Shown here one piece after another: positions 20,100 to 30,310 of a stretch of DNA of 64,000 nt. A program made the translations under genes and the position numbers. Source of the DNA: Candidatus Dadabacteria bacterium (lineage in GTDB: Bacteria; Desulfobacterota_D; UBA1144; Nemesobacterales; CSP1-2); the NCBI GenBank assembly GCA_963805855.1, contig CAWDVW010000005.1:736001-800000 (forward strand). The letters run 5' to 3'. Under the pieces are notes generated by a model. The model worked only from the letters and a program-made list of their open reading frames with translations. It did no database searches and had not been told where the DNA came from. How positions within the stretch are numbered: the stretch's first letter is position 1; each line of letters begins with the position of its first letter.

Positions 20100-22206
20100 C
20101 CTAAACCGACCAACACATTTCATTAAAAGTGTTTATTCTCTCTTATTATCAGTTTTTATACTTTCTTTGCTATTTCAAAACGATTTTAATAATATAAACA
20201 CATACTCGCTCATCGCGGCCGCTATTCTGTTCGTCTCGACGCTATACATAACCTCTACATACGTCAAGAATGAGATCGCATCAGTGAGCCATTTAGTCAA
20301 AATTGAGACTGCGCTTCTAATCACCCTGTGTTTAAGCGTACTGGTTCAAGCGATAGGAAAAGATCTATTTCCATCTTTCTACATAGTTACACCTCTACTG
20401 TTTGCATATGCAGGATGGCAGGGAGCGACACTGGCGACATTAGTAATTATAGTCTTACAAATCATTAACCCGCGCAATGATACAATCCTTTGGATTTTTC
20501 CTCTTTTAATATCGACTTATGGTTTGGGATTCCTATTAAGAAAAAACAGGTTTATTCCCACTAAATTATTCAAGAAAAATGAGAAAATTGAGCAATTAAA
20601 GATTCACGGCCTCTTCCATAATATAAAAGATACGGAACTTAGCGAAAATGAGCTTAATAAAATCAAGGAAGTAAAAAGCGCAATAAACGATTCTTTAAGG
20701 CTGCTCAATGAATCCTTATCGTTTCATACGATAGTATTATATTTAAAAGGAGAAGACGGGCTTTTCGAAATTGAAGATTTTATATCCCAAACTCCAGATT
20801 CCATTGATATCGGCCAGAGACTAAACTTTCGGACGGGTTATTTTGGATGGGTTCTAAAGACTAATACACCTTTTAGTGCAGAAAACTTGAAACAGGGAGA
20901 TAAAAATCTCTTTTACTACAAGAAAGAAATTCCAGTTAAATCCATCCTTGTTATGCCAATTGTAATTCCGTCCGACGAAGAGCCCGGGAATAAATCTAGG
21001 GAGCCGATTGGCGTGCTTGTCGTTGACAGTCTTGAGAAAGACGCATTTGGTCATTTTGAAAAACATATAGGGTCTACGATTTCGGACGGAATCGGATTGA
21101 TTCTTGAAAACTATAACCTATCACAAAGGGTCTCCATGAGTCAGAAAGAACTCAATTCCATATACGAGTTCACAAAACATCTCAGCTCCGCTCAGGACAT
21201 TGATCATTCATTTGACCACATTATAAAAACACTGGACAGGTTTCTCGAGGCGGATTTTCTTGGGATAACCATTTCGGATCCTGACACAAACACTAGCGAA
21301 CTAAGGAAGGCATTAAACGTTGATTTAAAAAACATAATTGAAACTACTATATTACATCAAAACACCTTAGTAGGTTTGGTAAATAAAAACAAAAAGATCC
21401 TAAATTTTGACGATATTTCCTCAAGTCGTATCTATAGAAGCGTGTTTGGCAAGGAAATTGATCTTGCATTGGGGATCAAGTCATTAAAATCAATATTGGT
21501 CTGCCCGCTGTTAGAAACATCTATTGGTAGTGGGGCATACAGCGATAATATTTTGGGATGTTTAGTCCTCGGCAGAAAAACTAGCCACGCGTTTAGTGAA
21601 AAGGAGAGGAATTTAGTTAGCTATATTTGTCAGCAAACCGCCAGCGTTATTCAAAACTCGACTAACTATCTCAAAATAAGGGAGCTTGCGATAAGCGATG
21701 GTTTAACCGGTCTTTACAATCGTAGCCATTTTCAGGAAATGTTATCTCACTCGCTTGACATGTCCGATAGATATGGTGAGCACGCCACTCTTATCATGAT
21801 CGACATCGATAACCTCAAAGTCATAAACGATAACTATGGTCGCGAAGAGGGAGATAGAATCCTATCGACGACCGCCAAAACTATTTCCAGATCCCTCAGG
21901 AAAACAGACATTGCAGCAAGGTACAGCGGGGACGAGTTCGCAATTGTACTTCCAAAGACCGATAAGGAAAATGCAATAGTTTTGACCCAGAAGTTACAGG
22001 ATAATTTAAGAAGGGTAATCTCGCCAAAAGATGCTGATGCACCTCATGTGACTTTCAGCCTAGGAGTTGCGACTTATCCTGACAATGCTTCTACCATAGA
22101 CTTGCTAATAGAAAAAACCGAACGTGCCCTTTACGAATCAAAGCAGAATGGAAGAAATAGGTTTACTCATTATGAGGATATTGAGCTTAAAGAATCAGCA
22201 ATGTAA
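20071..22206 (+). CDS. membrane-bound GAF-GAF-GGDEF diguanylate cyclase (SGDEF variant)
   Basis: several TMs, two GAF-like regions, DGLTGLYNR, DIDNLK, RKTD I-site, RYSGDEF. Confidence 0.88.
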   Translation: MRRFINSKNNLNRPTHFIKSVYSLLLSVFILSLLFQNDFNNINTYSLIAAAILFVSTLYITSTYVKNEIASVSHLVKIETALLITLCLSVLVQAIGKDLFPSFYIVTPLLFAYAGWQGATLATLVIIVLQIINPRNDTILWIFPLLISTYGLGFLLRKNRFIPTKLFKKNEKIEQLKIHGLFHNIKDTELSENELNKIKEVKSAINDSLRLLNESLSFHTIVLYLKGEDGLFEIEDFISQTPDSIDIGQRLNFRTGYFGWVLKTNTPFSAENLKQGDKNLFYYKKEIPVKSILVMPIVIPSDEEPGNKSREPIGVLVVDSLEKDAFGHFEKHIGSTISDGIGLILENYNLSQRVSMSQKELNSIYEFTKHLSSAQDIDHSFDHIIKTLDRFLEADFLGITISDPDTNTSELRKALNVDLKNIIETTILHQNTLVGLVNKNKKILNFDDISSSRIYRSVFGKEIDLALGIKSLKSILVCPLLETSIGSGAYSDNILGCLVLGRKTSHAFSEKERNLVSYICQQTASVIQNSTNYLKIRELAISDGLTGLYNRSHFQEMLSHSLDMSDRYGEHATLIMIDIDNLKVINDNYGREEGDRILSTTAKTISRSLRKTDIAARYSGDEFAIVLPKTDKENAIVLTQKLQDNLRRVISPKDADAPHVTFSLGVATYPDNASTIDLLIEKTERALYESKQNGRNRFTHYEDIELKESAM

Positions 22207-22394
22207 AAAAAGTGCAGTTCCGCACAGGATATCTTACGTATTTAAAGATATCCTAATAGGGAACGCATGTATGGGTCCCCTACATTTTCAATATTACGGC
22301 CAGTTGCCGAAAATTCGCTAGTTGAAAATTATAACTCCAAACATTTTTCCGTCTTTATTTAAATTTGCTATTTCTTCGGGCAAATTTTATACAA

Positions 22395-23249
22395 ATGCAA
22401 AAAGACTCTAGAAGTCTTTACCAGCCGAAGAGAATCTTATTACCCGATAAAATCTTTCCAAAAAAAAGCCTCGGACAGAACTTTATAATAGACTTAGAAG
22501 TACTTGATCGCATCTCTGAAATCGCGAAGCTTACAAGAAACGATGATGTCCTCGAGATCGGTGCAGGCCTGGGCACCCTGACCACTTACCTTGCTGAGAG
22601 GGCAAAACGTGTGGTCGCAATCGAAAAGGACAACAGGCTCTTCGAAAAATTGAGGACATCAATTCATCATCTTCCAAACCTGGAATTAGTACAGGGAGAT
22701 GTTCTCAAAATCAATTTCAGAGAATTATTCACCGGCAATAAAATGAAGGTTGTCTCGAATCTTCCCTACAGCATTTCATCCCCCATATTGATAAAATTAC
22801 TCGAGAATAGAGATATTTTCTCGCTCTTGGTTATCATGATTCAGCGTGAGGTAGGCGAAAGAATCACGGCCAGCCCGGGGGGTAGAGATTACGGCTCAAT
22901 ATCTGTACTTTTGCAAACATTCTTTGACATTTCGATCGAACTCACGGTACCTCCCGAGGCCTTCTGGCCAAAGCCGAAGGTTGACTCGGTTGTCCTGAAA
23001 TTAAATCCGCTTCGAAGTCCAAGAATCGAAATCTCCGACATAGAACTTTTCAAGAAGATTGTAAGGGCATCCTTCTCATCGAGAAGAAAAATTCTTGCCA
23101 ATTCTCTTCGCTCACTCATTCCGAAAGAGAAAGTAGAAAAAATTCTAAAATCAGCTGAAATAGATAGAAAAAGAAGGGCGGAGACCCTCTCGATCGAAGA
23201 ATTTGGGAGATTGACCGAAGAGGCTTTCAAGATAGGGGAGAGAATCTAA
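22395..23249 (+). CDS. rsmA: 16S rRNA m6,2A1518/1519 dimethyltransferase
   Basis: KKSLGQNF, EIGAGLG, SNLPYSISS, PKPKVDS, RAETLS; ORF track begins at TTG 22365. Confidence 0.96.
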   Translation: MQKDSRSLYQPKRILLPDKIFPKKSLGQNFIIDLEVLDRISEIAKLTRNDDVLEIGAGLGTLTTYLAERAKRVVAIEKDNRLFEKLRTSIHHLPNLELVQGDVLKINFRELFTGNKMKVVSNLPYSISSPILIKLLENRDIFSLLVIMIQREVGERITASPGGRDYGSISVLLQTFFDISIELTVPPEAFWPKPKVDSVVLKLNPLRSPRIEISDIELFKKIVRASFSSRRKILANSLRSLIPKEKVEKILKSAEIDRKRRAETLSIEEFGRLTEEAFKIGERI

Positions 23250-23259
23250 AACGCACCAT

Positions 23260-23272
23260 ACCTCCGGGAGGT
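23260..23272. repeat. ACCTCCGGGAGGT palindrome family (half copy at the island's left edge)
   Basis: related copies at 30104-30131, 46255-46294 and 47709-47738. Confidence 0.65.
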
Positions 23273-23306
23273 GAACAATAATCTAAACTAGGCGAAAGAA
23301 GCGGAG

Positions 23307-23334
23307 TTGAACTTTAATTAGGATCAACTATAAT
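23307..23334 (+). promoter_or_regulatory. sigma70-type promoter at the island start
   Basis: TTGAAC-16 nt-TATAAT. Confidence 0.45.
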
Positions 23335-23408
23335 ATAGGCAAATTATAATTAGGAATAAGAAACTTAATGAATTATCCCTCTTAATTTGAAGTGACGAGT
23401 AGCGTTAG

Positions 23409-24266
23409 ATGCTAAGAGAACGGATTAGCTACACGACCTTGATCTTTTCATGCACCGCACTTCTCGTTTATCTTTTAGTTTCCGATAGTAATTTTATTTT
23501 TTCTCTCGCAGAAGCTGAGGAGGCATCTGTGGATAAGCCTTCCGCCGAGAAGAAATCTCCGGGCAATGTTCCCAGCTCTCCAGTCATCGAACTCGCAGCT
23601 AAAGATTTAATAAACAAGATGGGAACCTTTCTGAACATGGCTAAGCAACTTAGCTTTCATGCGGAGGTTATGTTTGACGATCACCTGCCTTCAGGACAGA
23701 AAATACAGTTTGCTGCAGCAGAAGACGTGTCGGTGCGAAAGCCCGATCGAATTTACGTAGACTACCAGAGTGACCTTGGATCAAAAAGATTTTGGTATAA
23801 CGGCAAGACCATCACCCTTTTATCTCCAGCTCACGACAGCTACTCCACAATCGACGCCCCGCCAAACATAGAAAGCGCCGTTGAAGTATTGATGAAGGAC
23901 TACGGATTTACAGTCCCGTTGGGAGATTTCCTCTTCAGCGAACCACACAGTACATTGATGAAGAATGTGCTGGCCGGAATATACGTTGGGCCAGGCGATG
24001 TAAACGGGGTTGATTGTCAGCACCTCGCTTTTGTTGAGAAATACATAGATTGGCAGATATGGATCGAAGACGGCAACGAACCCATCCCACGAAAAGTGGT
24101 AATCACATATAAGACAATGCCAAATTCTCCTCAGTATATAGCCATGCTCTCGGATTGGAACTTTAAAAAAGACTTCCCCGATTCGCTTTTTACCGCTGAT
24201 GTTCCCAAGGATGCCAAACATATCGATTTCATTAAACTCAAAAGCAGTGAAAAGAAATTAAATTAA
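23409..24266 (+). CDS. DUF2092 family periplasmic protein
   Basis: signal/TM, SGQKIQF, VRKPDR, GVDCQHLAF, DWQIWIEDG.EPIPRKVVITYK, SDWNF. Confidence 0.85.
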   Translation: MLRERISYTTLIFSCTALLVYLLVSDSNFIFSLAEAEEASVDKPSAEKKSPGNVPSSPVIELAAKDLINKMGTFLNMAKQLSFHAEVMFDDHLPSGQKIQFAAAEDVSVRKPDRIYVDYQSDLGSKRFWYNGKTITLLSPAHDSYSTIDAPPNIESAVEVLMKDYGFTVPLGDFLFSEPHSTLMKNVLAGIYVGPGDVNGVDCQHLAFVEKYIDWQIWIEDGNEPIPRKVVITYKTMPNSPQYIAMLSDWNFKKDFPDSLFTADVPKDAKHIDFIKLKSSEKKLN

Positions 24267-24280
24267 GAGGGGCACAAGTC

Positions 24281-25345
24281 ATGGGACGGAAAAAAATATC
24301 TAATAGATCTTATCTTGAATACTTATTATTTACCTCACTGCTCATGACGCTGTTGTTCTTCCTACCCGGTGGCGCTTATGCCAGATTTGGTGGTGGAGGT
24401 TTTGGAGGGGGAGGATTCCACGGCGGTGGCTTTGGAGGGAGAGGATTCGGTGGCGGTGGTTTTGGCGGTGGCGGTTTTGGAGGCGGGCGATTGGGTGGCG
24501 GCAGTTTCGGCGGTGGAGACCTGGGGGGTGGTGGATTTGGGGGCCGATTTGGGGGAGGAGGGATTGGGCGGGGAGACTTTGGCGGAGGTGGCCTCGGAAG
24601 CATCAGCCAGTCCGGCGGCGATTTTGGAGCCGGACGAGACTGGAGCTCCGGAGATCGTGCAAGCAGCTTCAGCCAGAGCGGCGACTTCGCCAGTAACCGC
24701 GAGAACGTCCAGCAGGGGGACGGAGGGATGGCTCAACGGCAGGAAAACCGACAGGGCTGGAGCAGCCAGAACCAGCAGAACCGACAGAGTTGGAGTAGCC
24801 AGAATCAGCAGAACCGCCAAAATGCATATGATGACCACTGGAATGACTACTGGCATGGCTCCTACTATCCCGGTGGCGGCTGGTACGGATGGGGTGGATA
24901 TTATAGTGGATTGGCATTGGGCGCTGGCATAGCCGTGGGAGCAACCATTGCAAGTCTGCCTGCGTACTACGATACAGTTTATGTTGAAGGTAATCCCTTC
25001 TATTATTCAAACGGGGTTTACTACGCATCCCAAGGATCCCAATATCAAATAGTACCCCCGCCAAATGGAGCAACAGTCAGCACATTGCCTCCAACATGTA
25101 CCAATACGTATCTTGGGGATATACCTTATTTTGATTGCGGGGGCGCATATTACGCACAAGTTAGCAACGGTTATCAAGTTGTGACTCCACCTATTGGGGC
25201 AACGGTTTCTGCACTGCCTAACGGAGCAGTTTCAAAGACAATAAACGGTGTTAACTACTTTACCTTTGGAGGCGCTTATTACCAGCCTTTTTACAGTGGA
25301 AGCGATGTGATATACAAAATTGTTCAGGATCCTACCTCGTCGTAG
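24281..25345 (+). CDS. secreted Gly-rich/Gln-Asn-rich protein with a Tyr-rich C-terminal domain (DUF6515-like)
   Basis: signal peptide (AYA), GGGF repeats, NRQxWSSQNQQ repeats, repeated YYxxxxxGYQVVxPPxGATV units. Confidence 0.75.
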   Translation: MGRKKISNRSYLEYLLFTSLLMTLLFFLPGGAYARFGGGGFGGGGFHGGGFGGRGFGGGGFGGGGFGGGRLGGGSFGGGDLGGGGFGGRFGGGGIGRGDFGGGGLGSISQSGGDFGAGRDWSSGDRASSFSQSGDFASNRENVQQGDGGMAQRQENRQGWSSQNQQNRQSWSSQNQQNRQNAYDDHWNDYWHGSYYPGGGWYGWGGYYSGLALGAGIAVGATIASLPAYYDTVYVEGNPFYYSNGVYYASQGSQYQIVPPPNGATVSTLPPTCTNTYLGDIPYFDCGGAYYAQVSNGYQVVTPPIGATVSALPNGAVSKTINGVNYFTFGGAYYQPFYSGSDVIYKIVQDPTSS

Positions 25346-25422
25346 CTCCCGTTATACGAACTTGATGTAAGTCAAAATAATAGAATTTCAACCCGAAAAA
25401 TCTATTTAGGAGGTATTTGAGC

Positions 25423-26124
25423 ATGAAAAAATCCAAACACGTCCTCACCGCACTCGGGCTTCTGGAAAACGAATTTGGACGAGCTTTCACAAGGAGAAAC
25501 ATAGTGAGCCTTATGGTAATCGGCTTTATTTTTTTCTTCGCATCAATAGCTTCATCCCAGGAGAAAATCCCTTCGGGAACCATTAACATCGACGAAACTC
25601 AACTCGGATTTATCATAGGCGGGGACATAGGCAAGGGTACATTACACTACCAAGGAGTGGACTATTCCTTTAAGACTGGGGGTATTAAAGTTGGCGGCGT
25701 GGGTATAGCCAAGATATCAGCAGCTGGAGAAGTCTACGACTTATTCGACCTATCACAGTTTCCAGGAACCTATGTCGCAGGAGATTATGGCATATCGCTG
25801 GGTGGGGGCGTCGGGGGTATGGTGTTAAAAAATCAGAATGACGTGTTTTTGCGGTTGCGGTCGACGATGGAAGGTGTTGACCTGAATGTTGGCTTAGAGG
25901 GTCTAACCATAAAGTTAGAAGGAGTAGCAGAACAACAACCGGTAGAAGAACCAGCTGAGCAAGTTGAAATGCAGCAACAATCCGGACAAACCTATACGGT
26001 TCAAAGTGGGGACACCTTATATGAGATTGCTACCAGGTTCGGAACTACCGTTTCAGCGTTAAAAAACGCAAACAACCTGACCTCCAATATGATCCGTGTG
26101 GGGCAGGTTCTTAATGTTCCGTAA
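25423..26124 (+). CDS. secreted DUF1134/EipA-like protein with a C-terminal LysM domain
   Basis: [49 protein letters not shown] LysM; AGGAGG RBS. Confidence 0.8.
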   Translation: MKKSKHVLTALGLLENEFGRAFTRRNIVSLMVIGFIFFFASIASSQEKIPSGTINIDETQLGFIIGGDIGKGTLHYQGVDYSFKTGGIKVGGVGIAKISAAGEVYDLFDLSQFPGTYVAGDYGISLGGGVGGMVLKNQNDVFLRLRSTMEGVDLNVGLEGLTIKLEGVAEQQPVEEPAEQVEMQQQSGQTYTVQSGDTLYEIATRFGTTVSALKNANNLTSNMIRVGQVLNVP

Positions 26125-26227
26125 GGTGTGTAGTTTATAGGAACGTGAGATGAAACTGATACAATGTTTCGTGGATAACGCACTAATACGTTTAAGAAAA
26201 TACTTAGTGTAGTTTAAAGTGGTCTGA

Positions 26228-26305
26228 TACCCGTTCGCCCTGAGCTGTGTCGAAGGGCGCCTTTAAAATTCAACATCCTTCGACCGGGCTCAGGATGAGC
26301 GGGTA
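26228..26305. repeat. inverted pair of CTGAG-N-CGAAG repeats
   Basis: CCCGTTCGCCCTGAGCTGTGTCGAAGGG ... TCCTTCGACCGGGCTCAGGATGAGCGGG. Confidence 0.7.
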
Positions 26306-26477
26306 CCTATCCGCTTGACAACTGAAGTTCAAAAGAGAGAAAATGCCTGATGAATCTCTCAAATTGGTATTAGCAACGACGCAAAAACAATAAAAAGAGA
26401 ATCATATTTCACTAAACCAAAGAAGGTAAAGTAAAATGAAGGAAATAAACAGAATGTTGATTAATAGGAGGTGTAAC

Positions 26478-28334
26478 ATGAATTCAAAAAGAAATTTCTC
26501 CTTTCTGGGATGTACGGTGCTACTAATAACGCTTATTTTTTTCTCCCTCGCATGTTCTCGGGAGGAGGCAATTGGCGAGAAGGTTGAGGGCGAAAAGCAA
26601 ACTGAAATGGTAACCGGCGAACAGGTTAAACCCGAGAATCTCGCACCGGAGCAGGGGATAGTGGTTGCTCAAAAAGAAGAGACAGCGGCGAAGAAGAGCG
26701 CTACCAGCAAGCCGAACATCCTGTTCATCATGGGCGACGACATCGGCTGGATGCAGCCGAGCATCTACCACCGCGGCCTGATGGTAGGGGAAACACCCAA
26801 CATCGACCGCATCGGCCGAGAAGGCGCGATGTTCACGGACTACTACGCTGAGCAGAGCTGCACCGCCGGGCGTACAGCCTTTTTCACCGGCATGAATCCG
26901 ATGCGCGTCGGCATGACCTTACCGGAAATTCCCGGAAGCCCGTCCTACCTGCGGCCCGGCACGCCGGCGCTCGCCAAGTTCCTGCTCGACCTCGGCTACA
27001 ACACCGGCGAGTTCGGCAAGAACCATCTCGGAGATCACACGGACTCCCTGCCGACCGCGCACGGCTTCCAGGAATACTGGGGCTACCTCTATCACCTCGA
27101 CGCCATGCAAGGGGTGAGCTTCCCTGATATCAACAAGAGCCCGACCGAGCAGACCGTCGCGCCACCGTGCAAGAACACGCCGGTCAAAGGCCTCTCCGAC
27201 CCCCCGGGCGCCGTGGACCCCAAAACGACGACGTGCCTGACACCCCCGCGTCCGGTGATCTTGTGCACCTCTTCGGACGGCACGGAGAAGAACCAGTCCT
27301 GTAAAGACGAGGGCCCGCTGACGCTGGAGCGGTCGAAGACGGTGGATGAGGAAATCTCGACCCACGTCATCGACTTCCTCGACCGCAACGACCCTAAGAA
27401 GACCGGCAAGCCGTTCTTCGTCTGGTACAACCCGGCGCGCATGCACATCACGACCGTGTTGTCGGACAAATACATGGCCATGGTGGGTCAGCAGGGCGGC
27501 AAGGATTGGGGCGTGAATGAAGCCGGCATGAAGCAGATGGACGACAACATCGGCTACGTGCTGAAGAAGCTCGAGGACATGGGCCAGCTCGACAACACCA
27601 TCGTCGTCTTCACCACCGACAACGGCGCCGAGGTGATCACCTACCCCGACGGCGGCGTGACCCCATTCGCGGGCGGCAAGCTGACCACCTGGGAAGGCGG
27701 CATGCGGGCTCCCTGCGTCATTCGTTGGCCAGGCGTGATCAAGCCGGGCACGATATTCAACCAGATCTTCGCGTCCCTGGACTGGCTGCCCACGTTCGTT
27801 GAAATCGCCGGTGGTCCCAAGGGCAATGCGTTAAAGGCGGAGATCGAAAAAGGGGCCTATAAAGACATCGTCAAGACGACGCTGGACGGTGTTAACGAGA
27901 TTGACTACCTGACGGGCAAGTCGGCAAATTCGGCGCGCGATGTCTTCTTCTACTATTCAAATAAGGTCCCGTCGGCGGTGCGGTACAAGAACTGGAAGAT
28001 GTACTTCGGGATGGTGTCTCAGTCGCCGGAGGGCTTTACCACCGGCGTCGTCCCCTATCACTGGACCCAGGTCGTCAACATCAAGCGCGATCCCTTCGAG
28101 ACTTCGATCGGAGCCCATACCAAGACCCTCTTCGGTATGGGCGGGGCCCTTGCTGGTCCGGTCACCGCATACGTCTACGATTGGAACATGCTGCCTATCG
28201 GCCAGGCGCTGTGGCTGAAGGAACTCGAGACCTACGTCGACTTCCCACCGCTACAGAACCCGGCAAGCTACAATCTGGACCAGGTCCTCCAGCAGGTCCG
28301 GGAAATGCACACGGCCAGTCACGCAGGCGAGTAG
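26478..28334 (+). CDS. Cys-type arylsulfatase, probable lipoprotein
   Basis: PNILFIMGDDIG, SCTAGR (CxxxR), FGKNHLGD, TDNG; lipobox-like SLAC; AGGAGGTG RBS. Confidence 0.92.
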   Translation: MNSKRNFSFLGCTVLLITLIFFSLACSREEAIGEKVEGEKQTEMVTGEQVKPENLAPEQGIVVAQKEETAAKKSATSKPNILFIMGDDIGWMQPSIYHRGLMVGETPNIDRIGREGAMFTDYYAEQSCTAGRTAFFTGMNPMRVGMTLPEIPGSPSYLRPGTPALAKFLLDLGYNTGEFGKNHLGDHTDSLPTAHGFQEYWGYLYHLDAMQGVSFPDINKSPTEQTVAPPCKNTPVKGLSDPPGAVDPKTTTCLTPPRPVILCTSSDGTEKNQSCKDEGPLTLERSKTVDEEISTHVIDFLDRNDPKKTGKPFFVWYNPARMHITTVLSDKYMAMVGQQGGKDWGVNEAGMKQMDDNIGYVLKKLEDMGQLDNTIVVFTTDNGAEVITYPDGGVTPFAGGKLTTWEGGMRAPCVIRWPGVIKPGTIFNQIFASLDWLPTFVEIAGGPKGNALKAEIEKGAYKDIVKTTLDGVNEIDYLTGKSANSARDVFFYYSNKVPSAVRYKNWKMYFGMVSQSPEGFTTGVVPYHWTQVVNIKRDPFETSIGAHTKTLFGMGGALAGPVTAYVYDWNMLPIGQALWLKELETYVDFPPLQNPASYNLDQVLQQVREMHTASHAGE

Positions 28335-28488
28335 CGGCGTGAATCCAGCGTCAAGTGAGTGAGCAGGCGTTCCGACGGCCATAAAACGGCCGCCCGGTGT
28401 GCCGATGATAGTGAGCTAAGACTAGGAGACGAAGCACGAGCAACTAGAAAGCGAATTATTTTTCAATGATCCAAAGGAGCAAAATAAT

Positions 28489-30045
28489 ATGAAGGAAAGA
28501 TACAGAACGTTCACTACTGCGTTATGCGCAATCCTTATGGCTCTACCATTGGTCACCATTTCGACTGTCGCCCAGGAGAAGAAGCCGAACATTCTAGTCA
28601 TCTGGGGCGACGATATCGGCTGGTACAACATCAGCGCCTACAACATGGGCGTGATGGGCTATAAGACACCTAATATCGACCGCATCGCGAAGGAAGGAGC
28701 TTTGTTCACCGACTGGTACGGGCAGCAGAGCTGCACAGCTGGACGCGCCGCGTTCATCACTGGACAGTCACCGATCCGCACCGGTTTGACCAAGGTGGGA
28801 CTGCCCGGAGCGGATGTCGGCCTGCGCCCGCAGGACCCGACGATCGCTGAACTGTTAAAACCGCTCGGATACGCGACGGGGCAGTTTGGGAAGAACCACC
28901 TCGGCGACCGCGACGAGTTCCTTCCGACCGCGCACGGCTTTGACGAATTCTTCGGCAATCTCTATCACCTCAACGCCGAGGAGGAGCCGGAGAACATCGA
29001 CTATCCGAAGAACCCGGACTTCAAGAAAAAGTTTGGGCCGCGCGGCGTTATCCACTCGTTCGCCGGGGGGAAGATCGACGATACCGGCCCGCTTACCAAA
29101 AAGCGCATGGAAACGATCGACGATGAGATCACCGCGGCAGCCCTCGGGTTCATGGAGCAGCAGCACAAAGAGGGCAAGCCATTCTTTCTATGGTGGAACT
29201 CGACGCGCATGCACATCTGGACTCATCTCAAAAAGGAGTCCGAAGGCAAGACTGGCCTTGGCATCTATCCGGACGGCATGGTCGAGCATGATGCGCACGT
29301 GGGTCAGCTCCTGAACAAGCTTGACGAACTCGGCATCGCAGACAACACCATCGTCATCTATTCGACGGACAATGGCGCCGAGACTTTCACTTGGCCGGAC
29401 GGCGGCACCACCCCCTTCCGCGGCGAAAAGGCAACCAATTGGGAAGGCGGTTACCGTGTCCCCACGCTTATTCGGTGGCCCGGCACAATCGAACCCGGAA
29501 CCGTTTACAACGACATCCTTGCTCACGAGGACTTGCTGCCGACGATCCTCGCAGCGGCCGGCGTGCCCGACGTCAAGGAGAAGCTGCTCAAAGGATACGC
29601 GGCGGGCAACAAAAATTACAAGGTGCATCTGGATGGATACAACCTCATCCCATACGTCAAGGGCGACACGAAAGAGCCTCCGCGTAAGGAATTCCTCTAC
29701 TGGAACGACGACGGCAAGCTTGTGGCGCTTCGTTACGACCGGTGGAAGCTTGTGTTCTCCGAGCAGCGCAGCCACGGCTTTGACGTGTGGCAGGAACCAT
29801 TCGTCGACCTTCGCCTGCCGGCGCTATACGACCTTCGCTCCGATCCGTTCGAGCGTGCAAGCCACGAGTCTATCGGCTACCCGATGTGGAGGGTCGAACG
29901 CGTTTATCTCCTCGTTCCCGCACAGACCTATGTCGCCAAGTGGATTTCGAGCTTCAAGGAATTCCCGCCACGACAGAAGCCTGCGAGCTTCAGCCTCGAT
30001 CAAGTGATGCAGAAGCTCACGGAAACGGCCGGGAGCGCGCAGTAG
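28489..30045 (+). CDS. Cys-type arylsulfatase, secreted
   Basis: signal peptide, KPNILVIWGDDIG, SCTAGR, FGKNHLGD, STDNGAE. Confidence 0.94.
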   Translation: MKERYRTFTTALCAILMALPLVTISTVAQEKKPNILVIWGDDIGWYNISAYNMGVMGYKTPNIDRIAKEGALFTDWYGQQSCTAGRAAFITGQSPIRTGLTKVGLPGADVGLRPQDPTIAELLKPLGYATGQFGKNHLGDRDEFLPTAHGFDEFFGNLYHLNAEEEPENIDYPKNPDFKKKFGPRGVIHSFAGGKIDDTGPLTKKRMETIDDEITAAALGFMEQQHKEGKPFFLWWNSTRMHIWTHLKKESEGKTGLGIYPDGMVEHDAHVGQLLNKLDELGIADNTIVIYSTDNGAETFTWPDGGTTPFRGEKATNWEGGYRVPTLIRWPGTIEPGTVYNDILAHEDLLPTILAAAGVPDVKEKLLKGYAAGNKNYKVHLDGYNLIPYVKGDTKEPPRKEFLYWNDDGKLVALRYDRWKLVFSEQRSHGFDVWQEPFVDLRLPALYDLRSDPFERASHESIGYPMWRVERVYLLVPAQTYVAKWISSFKEFPPRQKPASFSLDQVMQKLTETAGSAQ

Positions 30046-30138
30046 GTCGGTCGAATCCCGCTCGCGCGTGGCCCTGAAGCGTCGCGAGAACCTGAGCGAC
30101 GATACCTCCGGGAGGTCACGACATTTCGGACGCATTGC

Positions 30139-30230
30139 TCTAGCGAGTTGATGGGTGAGGCGAAGAAGAGGGCTGGGTGGTCATCAGCATGATGAACGAC
30201 TGGAAACGCATTTTCGCATGGGAGCAGTAG
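30139..30230 (+). pseudogene. C-terminal remnant of a HAD-family hydrolase
   Basis: translates (one frameshift) to SSELMGEAKK-GWVVISMMNDWKRIFAWEQ*, resembling the C-terminus of HAD phosphatases from sulfatase clusters. Confidence 0.55.
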
Positions 30231-30310
30231 ACGAAGAAATCGAATGGCTTATGAGCATTAATCAAGGTAATATCCATTGCGTATCAAAAACCAAATTAGG
30301 AGGTTGTGAA

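Noticed and set aside
30155-30310. ORF-track N-terminal extension of the DUF1254 gene
   Set aside because: It overlaps the HAD relic; the AGGAGG RBS and signal peptide support ATG 30311.
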